Shown here piece by piece: positions 50,061-59,217 of a stretch of 64,000 nt of DNA. Numbering within the stretch: the first letter of the stretch is position 1; each line of letters opens with the position of its first letter. The DNA comes from Eledone cirrhosa (taxonomy: Eukaryota): assembly GCA_964016885.1 (NCBI GenBank), contig OZ024740.1, positions 417,012,001-417,076,000 on the forward strand, read 5' to 3'. Both the position numbers and the translations under genes were made by a program. The notes beneath the pieces were generated by a model, which saw nothing but the letters and a program-made list of their open reading frames with translations, did no database searches and had not been told where the DNA came from.

Positions 50061-50621
50061 GCATAAAAACCATTTTAGAAATATTTGGACACTAGTTCCA
50101 AATTTGTTAGAAGATACCATAACTTTCACAAATATTTATTAAAGTTGTAGTACCATATAACACCACCAGGTTTGATATATGAAGCCAGATGAAATAGACA
50201 CTTCTGAAGATTATCTTCTTAGTTATGTAACATTAAGGACTCAAGAACTCATCCTTTTTCTCACAGCTACTTATCCCAGTAGCAGAACTATAATATCTAT
50301 AAAACGCTCCAGTGTCTATAGGTCATACACTATATCAGAACCCTTAAGTACTTGATTTCTGAATAACTTATATGAATTAGAATGTAACTGAAAACTACTT
50401 GAATAATGTAAAAAATATTATATTTATATTAACGAAAACAACCCACAAATATTACATTGCAAATGTACACTACAGGAGGGCAGTTATAGGGAATTTAGGA
50501 TGATGAGATGTGCCTGAAACATTCTTTAGTTTTTATGGTACAATCTTGATATCACTAGGAAATCCATCATGTGAAAAGTTAAAGTAGGACACTATATCCA
50601 TTTTATTTATATATATTCTCC

Positions 50622-50808
50622 TCATCCTTTTATGTCTATTTTCCACACTAGCATGGGTTAAATGAGTTGTCAGGTTATGAGACTAGTCAGGTCAAGTGAT
50701 CAAGTCCTGCTCACATGGATCTGGTTTTGTCTTGGTTTCTACAGCCAGATGCCCTTCCTAATGCCAACCACATTTAGTGTGGGCTGGGTACTTTTTGTCA
50801 TAACACCA
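50622..50808 (-). mobile_element. Old 5'-truncated RTE-type 3' tail fragment
   Basis: Contains TTTCTACAGCCAGATGCCCTTCCTAATGCCAACCAC and TTCCACACTAGCATGGGTT, homologous to the 3' UTRs of the RTE copies at 51.9, 54.5 and 57.6 kb. Confidence 0.75.
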
Positions 50809-50811
50809 TAC

Positions 50812-50850
<39 letters not shown>

Positions 50851-51107
50851 GTCTTATCTCCTGCTGACGAAATGCTTACGGATTACTTGTTACAAACACG
50901 ATTCATTCAGGGCGGAACAGATTATATCTTTAGTCTGTCTGGGAGATGAAATGGTTATTGATATGGTATGTATGAAAAATCTTGTAAGAAATCTTGTAAA
51001 ATCCCATATGATTCAGGTTGAATGATATATAACATTTGTGGTGTAATCTACCCTCGTAATTTTACACATGGGTTTACTGTGTTTACTTATACACATATTA
51101 ATAATAT

Positions 51108-51217
51108 AATTGTTTCTACTTTTGGCACAAGGCCAGCAATTACCCAGTGTATTACTGGTACTTTATTTTATCAACCCCATAAGGATGAAAGGCAAAGTTA
51201 ACCTCGGCGGGATTTGA
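51108..51217 (-). mobile_element. tRNA-derived SINE family A, 5'-truncated
   Basis: Reverse complement reads TCAAATCCCGCCGAGGTTAACTTTGCCTTTCATCCTTATGGGGTTGATAAAATAAAGTACCAGT...CCTTGTGCCAAAAGTAGAAACAATT, the same family as the copies at 54.7-55.3 kb. Confidence 0.85.
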
Positions 51218-51477
51218 TATTAATATTATAATGCTCAGTATTTATACTTTGAGCTTGTTAATTGCAGGGTATCTATATGAGTTATTAACTCTATATTTTA
51301 TTTGTATATATATATATATACATGTATATATTATATATATATATATATAACCAAGATTTGTAGTCATGCTGTTTCTTTTATCTATCTTTCTTTCTGTTAT
51401 TGCAATGGATTTTGGTCCTCTCAATTCGCTAGCTGCCTACCACTTCCTCCCTCATCTTTCATACCCTCCATCTTTCA

Positions 51478-51549
51478 TTTTTACAGCTGGATGCCCTTCC
51501 TAATGCCAACCACATTACAGCTTGGACTGCGTGCTTTTATCGTGGCAAC
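51478..51549 (-). mobile_element. Short RTE-type 3' tail fragment
   Basis: TTTTACAGCTGGATGCCCTTCCTAATGCCAACCACATTACAG...GTGCTTTTATCGTGGCAAC matches the RTE 3' UTR motif. Confidence 0.7.
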
Positions 51550-51710
51550 AGAATGCCTTTCCCTAATAGGGTGGAATATAGTTATATATATATATCAATT
51601 AGGTATAAATCGAAGTTGTAACCACAGTAGAGCAGATACCAATCGAATTGTTTCAGGTGGTCACAAAGCACTTAATGGTGGGAAAAGTTAATAGATTTTC
51701 GTCCAGAGTG

Positions 51711-51715
<5 letters not shown>

Positions 51716-51755
<40 letters not shown>

Positions 51756-51823
51756 ATATATGTGTATATATATATATATAAAGAGAGAGAGAAAAGGTAT
51801 ATATATATAGAGAGAGAGAAAAG

Positions 51824-51857
<34 letters not shown>
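51716..51857. repeat. Compound (TA)n/(TG)n/(GA)n microsatellite; other (TA)n tracts at ~50817-50842, 51306-51348 and 55312-55333
   Basis: Directly visible dinucleotide runs. Confidence 0.95.
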
Positions 51858-51860
<3 letters not shown>

Positions 51861-51878
51861 TTTCTTTGTCTCACTTGC

Positions 51879-51880
<2 letters not shown>

Positions 51881-51912
<32 letters not shown>

Positions 51913-52920
51913 CCGTTTTACGTCCGTTCTTCCACGCTAGCATGGGTTAGATGGGTTGTCCTGTTGTGGGCAGTGTCTGGTTGGCTGACCATGCCTTGCT
52001 CATACAGGAACTGATCTGGCTTGATTTCTACAGCTGGATGCCCTTCCTAACAACAACCTCATTTACAGTGAGTGCTGGGTGCTTTTTCGTGGCGCCTACA
52101 CGTCCACTTTACAGTGTAGGCTGGGTGCTTTTTTGCCGTGGCACCTCCACGACCACCTTGCGGTGGAGGGAGTGGGGGCATATTGTTTATATGCTTCAGC
52201 ATGTACCCATGGGAGGTCGGGTACCCTGTATTACTGCGTGACGCCAGAAGTCACGGTCGTGTGTCATTGACTTTGAGAGGTGTAGTTGGGTAAGGTCGGC
52301 TTTTATCACCTCATCCCAAGTCATCTTGGGTCTCCCCACTCCACGGTTTCCATCAACTTCTAGTGCTCTGCACCTTTTTATGCAGCTGTCATCCTTCATA
52401 CGCATCACATGTCCATACCAGCGTAACCACCTCTCCTGCACGCAGCATTTGATTCCTCTTATGCTCAGTCTCTCTCTCAATTCCTTTATGCTTTGTCGTT
52501 CACGTATATTACTGTTACACATCCATCGGAGCATGCAGGCTTCGTTTCTCTCTAATCTACGTAAGTCTTCCACCTTCAGCGCCCAGGTCTCACTACCATG
52601 CAACATCGCTGTTCGGATACACGCATCATACAGTCTGCCTTTCATTCTGAGGGAGAAGCCTTTTGCAGCTAGCAGTGGTAGTAGTTCCCTAAACTTCTTC
52701 CATCCCGTTCTTACCCTAGTTATTGTACTTTCTGAGCACCCACCTCCGTTGCTAATTCGGTCACCTAGGTAGCAGAAGCTGTCTACTGTTTCTACAGGGC
52801 CCTCCCAGAGATTGGTGGTACTTGTTTCCTGTGGCTGTTTGCTTGCTGTTTCAGCGCAGCTGCTGCATGTGAATCCTACATTCTTAATTAAGCTTCCTGA
52901 GATCCCGCTACAGATCCTGC
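51881..52920 (-). mobile_element. RTE-clade LINE, 5'-truncated (end of PHD insert, RT C-terminus, 3' UTR, (GAT)n tail)
   Basis: ORF 52196-52645 MKGRLYDACIRTAMLHGSETW...WLRWYGHVMRM...RGVGRPKMTW is the RTE C-terminal signature. Upstream reads VETVDSFCYLGD..GGGCSES. (CAT)10 on the + strand at 51881-51911. Confidence 0.93.
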
Positions 52921-53057
52921 TTCTGTTTTACTATTTCTCTCCTAAACCCTTCAACACTTTATATTTGTGTAATTTGCCTGAAGGCATAACTTGTCCCTAT
53001 TTAATAAAAGAGTAAATTTTACTCATTTACTGGGTTATTTTTAGTTCAATGCAAAAA

Positions 53058-53275
53058 TGGTTTCTTATATAGGCACAAGGCCAGCAATTTGGGGGGAGGA
53101 GAAAGTCAATTAAATCAACCCCAGTACGTGACTGGTACTTTATTTTATCAACCCCCATAAGGATGAAATGCAAAGTTAACCTCGGTGGGATTTGAGGTCA
53201 GATCATAAAGGGCCGTAACTCTATGCTGCAAAGCATGGCGTCTGAACCTCTACCGACTTTGTCAATCCACCGCCC
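53058..53275 (-). mobile_element. tRNA-derived SINE family A, full length (long-tail variant)
   Basis: Reverse complement starts GGCGGTGGATTGACAAAGTCGGTAGAGG, has the CCGAGGTTAACTTTGCATTTCATCC core and ends CCTTGTGCCTATATAAGAAACC. Confidence 0.85.
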
Positions 53276-53321
53276 TATAATGCAATAATAGGATCATGCA
53301 GAGTAGTTATGTATCAGTATT

Positions 53322-53400
53322 TTAATTAAACTCTGATGACACCCATGGTCCATACTCACTAATGGCAAATTGTTTGGTAGAAACAATTGTCAGTTATTAA
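53322..53400 (+). ncRNA. Minimal type I hammerhead ribozyme motif (Penelope pLTR-type), possibly decayed
   Basis: Stem I AACT(53329-32)/AGTT(53392-95), extendable by TTAAT/ATTAA. Core CTGATGA 53333-39, stem II ACC/GGT with a long loop, GAAAC 53380-84, palindromic ACAATTGT stem III, GTC cleavage triplet 53389-91. The closing 10.1-11.1 pair is a C-A mismatch. Confidence 0.65.
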
Positions 53401-53600
53401 ATGTTTTAAACATTTAAATCCTTTGGTTTGTAATCAGTAACTATGTGTGTGTGTGTTATACATATGTGAGTATATTTAGGCATATTTGCATTCCATGCAT
53501 GTATATGTGTATATGTCTATACATATGTGTGTGCCAGTGTACACAGGTGTGTGCGTGTGAATGAATATAAGTAATTGAAGATATATAAAATAATGCATGT

Positions 53601-53946
53601 ATCATCATCATCATCATTTCATTTTACGTCCGCTTTTTCCCTGCTTGCAAGGGTGGGACGGGAACTGGTTCTGGCCTGATTTCTACAGTTGGATGCCCTT
53701 CCTAACACCAACTTCATTTACAGTGAGTGCTGGGTGCTTTTTTGCCATAGGCACCTCCACGACCACTTTACAGTGGAATGATAGGGACCCCAGTCCCTAT
53801 CATCTCATTTCTACAGCTGAGTAAACTGGAGCAATGTGAAATAAAGTGTCTTGCTCAAGGAAACAACACATCACCCGGTCTGAGAATTGAACTCACAACC
53901 TTTCGATTGCAAGTCTAATGCTCTAACCACTAAGCTATGTGCCTCC
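53601..53946 (-). mobile_element. tRNA-derived SINE family B with CORE/V-like central domain and RTE-derived 3' tail
   Basis: Reverse complement: A box TAGCTTAGTGG, B box GAGTTCAATTC, then TTTCCTTGAGCAAGACACTT, then the RTE 3' UTR (GGTGCC...AAAAAAGCACC...AGGAAGGGCATCC...CGGACGTAAAATG) and (GAT)n. Confidence 0.85.
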
Positions 53947-53963
53947 ATTGCTCTAACCACTAA

Positions 53964-54633
53964 ACGAACTAAGGAATAAATTAGAGATAAGAGGGATCAG
54001 ATGTTGTCTACTCGAGAGAAGGCTACGTTGGTATGGACACGTGATGCGCATGAAAGTCGATAGCTGTATAACAAAGTGCAGGGCAATAAAGATAGACGGT
54101 AGTCACGGAATAGGCAGACCTAGAAAAACCTGGGACGAGCTGATAAACTCCGACATCACACACTTACACCTCTCCAAGACAATGTCACTGGACCGAGACC
54201 TTTGGCGGTACTCAGTAACAGAGAAGACCCGCCTTACCTAAATATATAGTAAAACCTACTCCAGCCAGTAGGCATCTCTAACAAATACACCCCGTCCCAC
54301 CACCCCCACCCGATCCACACCACCCCGTTCTATGTAAAGTTATGTTGGTGCCGCGCCATCGAGGCCGAAACAAATGAGATCGTGTAGGTGTCACGACAAA
54401 AAAACACACAGTCCACGCTGTAATGTGGCCGTGTAGGCAACACGGTAAAAACCTCCCAGACCCACACTGTAAATGTGGTTGGTGTTAGGAAGGGCATCCA
54501 ACTGTAGAAAACCTGCCAGACAGTCCTATGCGAGCAAGACAATCACTCTTGCCTCAAGTGGGACTACCCCCGTCCAAACCCATGCAAGCGTGGAACACGG
54601 ACGTTAAACGTTGATGATGATGATGATGATGAT
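53964..54633 (+). mobile_element. RTE-clade LINE 3' fragment with complete 3' UTR and (GAT)n tail
   Basis: Translates NELRNKLEIRGIRCCLLERRLRWYGHVMRMKVDSC...GRPRKTW and is colinear with 57090-57726. Confidence 0.92.
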
Positions 54634-54669
54634 GTATATTTACATATATCTGTATTTATTATTTCTTCA

Positions 54670-55268
54670 CAGTATCGATAGAGGGTTGGACACCATGCTT
54701 TGACGCATAGAGTTACGGCCCTTGCCATTCTGAGTTCAAATCCCGCCGAGGTTAACTTTGCCTTACGGGGTCGATAAAATAAAGTACCAGTAATGTAATG
54801 GTTAATTGCTGGCCTTTTGCCAATAGTAGAAACAATTATTGCTTCAGATATGATTCACCTAACAAGGGCAGTAGATTGATAGAGCGACGGACACCATGTC
54901 TTGTGGTATAGAGTTACGTCCCTTTATGTTTTCAGATCAAATCCTGCTGAGGTTACCTTTGTCTCTCATCATTGCAATGTCAATAAAATAAAGTACCAGT
55001 AATGAGCTGGGGTCAATTTAGTCGACTTCCCCCCAAAAAAAAAATTGGTAGCCTTGTGCCTAAATCAGAAACCATTATGGTGGATGGCAGTATCGGTAGA
55101 GGGTCTGATGCCATGCTTTGCAGCAAAGAGTTATGACCCTTGCTATTATGAGTTCAAATCCTGCCGAGGTTAACTTTGCCTTTCATCCTTACGGGGTCGA
55201 TAAATTAAAGTACCAGTAATACACTGGGATAATTGCTGGCCTTGTGCCAAAAGTAACAACAATTATTT
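54670..55268 (+). mobile_element. Three head-to-tail SINE family A copies (54670-54840, 54867-55078, 55079-55268)
   Basis: Each has a CAGTA(T)CGGTAGAG-like head, a (G)AGTTCAAATCC-like B box, GAGGTTAACTTTG...ATAAAGTACCAGT and a CCTT(G)TGCC.AA..AGAAAC tail. Confidence 0.85.
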
Positions 55269-55334
55269 CTTCAATTATTATTTATTTATACATCTGCTTT
55301 TTCCTATTACGTATATATATATATATATATATAA

Positions 55335-57726
55335 TGAGGAGAATAAATGGGAGAAAGACAGTCTCCCCAACATCGATCCAATAGAGGGCCCAGCAGTTTA
55401 AGTCGAAGGTAGAATAATAAGAAAGGCAATCAAAGATATGAAGACGGGTAAGGTGGCTGGGCCTTCAGAAATAGTTGCTGAAATGCTGAAAGCTTCTGGA
55501 ACAGTGGGACACACCATGGTCACATCATCATCATCATCATCATCAACGTTTAACGTCCGTGTTCCACGCTTGCATGGGTTTGGACAGGGGTAGTCCCACT
55601 TGAGGCAAGAGTGATTGTCTTGCTCGCATAGGACTGTCTGGCAGGTTTTCTACAGTTGGATGCCCTTCCTAACACCAACCACATTTACAGTGTGGGTCTG
55701 GGAGGTTTTTACCGTGTTGCCTACACGGCCACATTACAGCGTGGACTGTGTGTTTTTTTGTCGTGACACCTACACGATCTCATTTGTTTCAGCCTCGATG
55801 GCGCGGCATCGATGGTCACCCGGATAGTAAACCAAGTCATACAGAATGGGGTCGTTCCGAAGGACTGGTGTAGCAGCATCATCATTAACTGCTACAAGGG
55901 TAAAGGAGATGCCCTAGATAGGGGTAACTATAGAGGCATTAAATTAATCGACCAGGTCATGAAGGTCACAGAAAAAGTAATAGCGCAACTAATCAGAGAG
56001 CGAATTGATCTAGATGAAATGCAGTTCGGGTTTGTGTCAGGTAAAAGTACCAAAGACGCTCTTTTCATTGTATGACAACTACAGGAGTAGTACCTAGCTA
56101 AAATTAAGTACCTAGCTAAAATTAAACCCCTATACTTAGCTTTTGTCGACTTCGAGAAAGCCTTTGACAGAGTCCCCCGTTCCATTATCTGGTGGGCTTT
56201 TAGAAAACTAGGTGTTGATGAATGGCTTGTGAGAGCTATACAAGCCATGTATAAAGAAACAGTCAGCAAGGTTAGAATTAACAACGAATATAGTGAAGAG
56301 TTTAACGTAAAATTTGGTGTTCAACAGGGCTCCGTTCTTAGCCCCCTACTATTTATTATTGCCCTTCAGGCTATAACAGTGGAGTTCAAGATCGGCTGCC
56401 CATGGGAACTCCTATACGCAGATGATCTAATGCTCATAGCTGAATCAATGGCTGAACTAGAGAAGAAATTCCAAACATGGAAGCATGGCCTAGAATCAAA
56501 AGGCCTTAAAATTAACCTGTCTAAGACTAAAGTTCTAGTTTGTAGGAAGGAAAATAGGGCACCGGTCCCATCTGGGAAATGGCCATGCTCAGTGTGTAGG
56601 AAAGGAGTAAGTAGAAACTCCATTTTATGTCCCAAATGCAAAGTATGGGTGCATAAAAGATGTAGTGGGATCACAGGTAAGCTAACTAAGAACATAGATT
56701 TTATATGTGGCCGGTGCTCTGGTGCAATAAGTAGCAGCAAGTGCCCACAAAATACTAGTTCATTCCATTGCACAGATGGTTCTATAGAAATAGTGGACAC
56801 CTTCCGTTACTTGGGTGACAAAATCAGCAGTGGTGGAGGGTGCTCTGAAAGTACAGTAGCTAGAGTCAGAACCAGATGGAAAAAGTTCAGAGAGCTTATA
56901 CCACTATTAGCCGCTAAAGGGTTCTCTCTAAAAATGAAAGGCAGGCTGTATGATGCCTGCATACGAACAGCAATGTTACATGGCAGTGAGACCTGGGCAT
57001 TGTGTGCAGAGGATATACGCAGACTGGAGAGGAACGAAGCTTGCATGCTCCGCTGGATGTGTAATAGTAATATATGTGAACGGCAAAGCATAAACGAGCT
57101 AAGGGAAAAATTAGAAATAAGCGGGATCAGATATTGTTTACTCGAGAGAAGACTACGTTGTATAAAAAAGTGCAGGGCAATAAAAATAGACGGTAGCCAC
57201 GGAGTAGGCAGACCCAGAAAAACCTGGGACGACTTGATAAATTCCGACCTCACACACACCTCCCCAAGACAATGTCACTGGACCGTGATCTTTGGTGCTA
57301 CACAGTAATACAGAAGACCCGCCTTACCTAAGTACAAAGTGAAACCTACTACAGTCAGTAGGCACCTCTAACAAAAATACACCCCTGTCCCACTACCCCC
57401 ACCCCATCCACACCACCCCTTTCAATGTAAAGTTATGTTGGTACCACAACATCCAGTCCGAAACAAATGAGGTTGCGTAGGTGTCACGACAAAAAAACAC
57501 ACAGTCCACATTGTAATGTGGCCGTGTAGGTAACACGGTAAAAACCTCCCAGTCCACACTGTAAACGTGGTTGGTGTTAGGAAGGGCATCCAGCCGTAGA
57601 AAACCCGCCAGACAGTCCTATATGAGCAGGACAACAAATCTTGCCTCAAGTGGGAAAACTCCCGTCCAAACCCATGCAAGCGTGGAAGATGGACGTTAAA
57701 CGATGATGATGATGATGATGATGATG
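55335..57726 (+). mobile_element. RTE-clade LINE, 5'-truncated, with pseudogenised reverse transcriptase containing a PHD finger
   Basis: RT motifs KGKGDALDRGNYRGIKL, QFGF, AFVDFEKAFDRVP, GVQQGSVLSPLLF, YADD (56415-26), GLKINLSKTKV, FRYLG. Disabled by an insertion at 55524-55811, TGA 56073, TAG 56088, an 18-bp duplication (56089-56124), loss of WYGHVMRMKVDS near 57160 and a frameshift near 57255. Ends in (GAT)n. Confidence 0.96.
55524..55811 (-). mobile_element. RTE 3'-UTR-only insertion nested in the RT ORF, with 8-bp TSD
   Basis: ATGGTCAC is duplicated at 55516-23 and 55812-19. Removing the insert restores GTVGHTMVTRIVNQVI. The insert is the reverse complement of 54347-54633. Confidence 0.93.
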
Positions 57727-58243
57727 AGGACATACTGGGGAAAAAACAACACAGTACCTTCGAAATATATATAATAAAGCATATATTTTGATTATGTGAA
57801 TATCTTCATTTGTTAATATTTTGAATAATTTAGATATATATATTTATTAAAATAACAGATTAAAGTTTAAGCAAAGAATCACTGCTTTCACCCTTAACAG
57901 GATCTTGTTAGGTGAATATTTGCTCGAGGGTTCCTATATATTTGATATATATTTATCCTTATTGAGCTCTCTTTGGATTTTAGTCTTCACATTTATTATT
58001 ATTACTATATATATATGTAAGTATGCATGTATACGTACATACATATATGTATACAGACGTACAGTAGCATGCACATATATATATATATATACATATATAC
58101 ATACATATGCATACAGGTACACATACATATATGCACGTATCAGTTTAGCGGCGCTTATTATAACGTCGCTTTGTTCGTTTGTAAACAAACTGAACAGCCT
58201 GAATTTATGCCATACGGTGTTAAGGCAACCACGTCACCTTTTT

Positions 58244-58330
58244 GTTCAACACTGACACAGGAACGATGTACTAGTTTCAAGCTTGTTAGCTATCATCAGC
58301 ACCGTTTACCCATCTGCCAGATAGTTGAAC
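58244..58330 (-). ncRNA. Type I hammerhead ribozyme (left-arm copy; core 58262-58306)
   Basis: AACGATGTACTAGTTTCAAGCTTGTTAGCTATCATCAGCACCGTT is the exact reverse complement of the + strand motif at 59012-59056. Confidence 0.85.
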
Positions 58331-58987
58331 GTTCGAAAGTATATACTTTCCTTATGAAAATTAACGGCTGAGCAGCCTAATTTGCATATTGAGTGAGTTA
58401 AATCGGTCAGGCATACCGAAAACGATAAATTGAAACAAAATGAAAACGAAATTTCATTTCTCACTCTTAGTATGGCACTTACTTAAATGTAAGTATGCAT
58501 GTATACGTACATACATATATGTATACAGACGTACAGTAGCATGCACATATATATATATATATATACATATATACATACATATGCATACAGGTACACATAC
58601 ATATATGCACGTATCAGTTTAGCCGTATGGCATAAATTCAGGCTGTTCAGTTTGTTTACAAACGAACAAAGCGACGTTATAATAAGCGCCGCTAAACTGA
58701 TACGTGCATATATGTATGTGTACCTGTATGCATATGTATGTATATATGTATATATATATATATATATATATGTGCATGCTACTGTACGTCTGTATACATA
58801 TATGTATGTACGTATACATGCATACTTACATTTAAGTAAGTGCCATACTAAGAGTGAGAAATGAAATTTCGTTTTCATTTTGTTTCAATTTATCGTTTTC
58901 GGTATGCCTGACCGATTTAACTCACTCAATATGCAAATTAGGCTGCTCAGCCGTTAATTTTCATAAGGAAAGTATATACTTTCGAAC

Positions 58988-59074
58988 GTTCAACTATCTG
59001 GCAGATGGGTAAACGGTGCTGATGATAGCTAACAAGCTTGAAACTAGTACATCGTTCCTGTGTCAGTGTTGAAC
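58988..59074 (+). ncRNA. Type I hammerhead ribozyme (right-arm copy), predicted cleavage after GUA at 59049
   Basis: AACGGTG-CTGATGA-T-AGCT-AACA-AGCT-T-GAAAC-TA-GTA-CATCGTT: 7-bp stem I, intact core, 4-bp stem II, palindromic ACTAGT mini stem III. Stem I is extended by CTGGCA/TGTCAG and GTTCAAC/GTTGAAC. Confidence 0.85.
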
Positions 59075-59217
59075 AAAAAGGTGACGTGGTTGCCTTAACA
59101 CCGTATGGCATAAATTCAGGCTGTTCAGTTTGTTTACAAACGAACAAAGCGACGTTATAATAAGCGCCGCTAAACTGATACGTGCATATATGTATGTGTA
59201 CCTGTATGCATATGTAT

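Noticed and set aside
50255-50330. Possible small exon (TTTTTCTCACAG...ATAG/GT)
   Set aside because: Weak donor (GTCATA), no recognisable peptide and no other exons; cannot be supported without RNA data.
50858-50925. Third hammerhead (CCTG-CTGACGA...CAAAC...TTCAGGG)
   Set aside because: The GAAA core is absent (CAAA) and stems II and III do not form convincingly; at most a dead relic.
50662-52270. ORFs such as 50662-50949, 51302-51691, 51653-51943, 51750-51950 and 51951-52241
   Set aside because: They are read-throughs of (TA)n/(CAT)n microsatellites and antisense RTE 3' UTR (recurrent FYSWMPFL peptide).
53870-53946. tRNA gene on the minus strand
   Set aside because: A and B boxes are present, but there is no proper acceptor stem and it continues into a SINE body and RTE tail.
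52326-57259. Antisense ORFs 52326-52772, 55928-56284, 56366-56800 and 56807-57259
   Set aside because: Shadow frames opposite the RTE RT coding strand, with no independent protein signature.
57905-59147. Duplicated ORFs in the palindrome (e.g. MKTKFHFSLLVWHLLKCKY...)
   Set aside because: Low-complexity Y/I/T/H peptides from TA/CA repeats; their identity on both strands simply reflects the inverted repeat.
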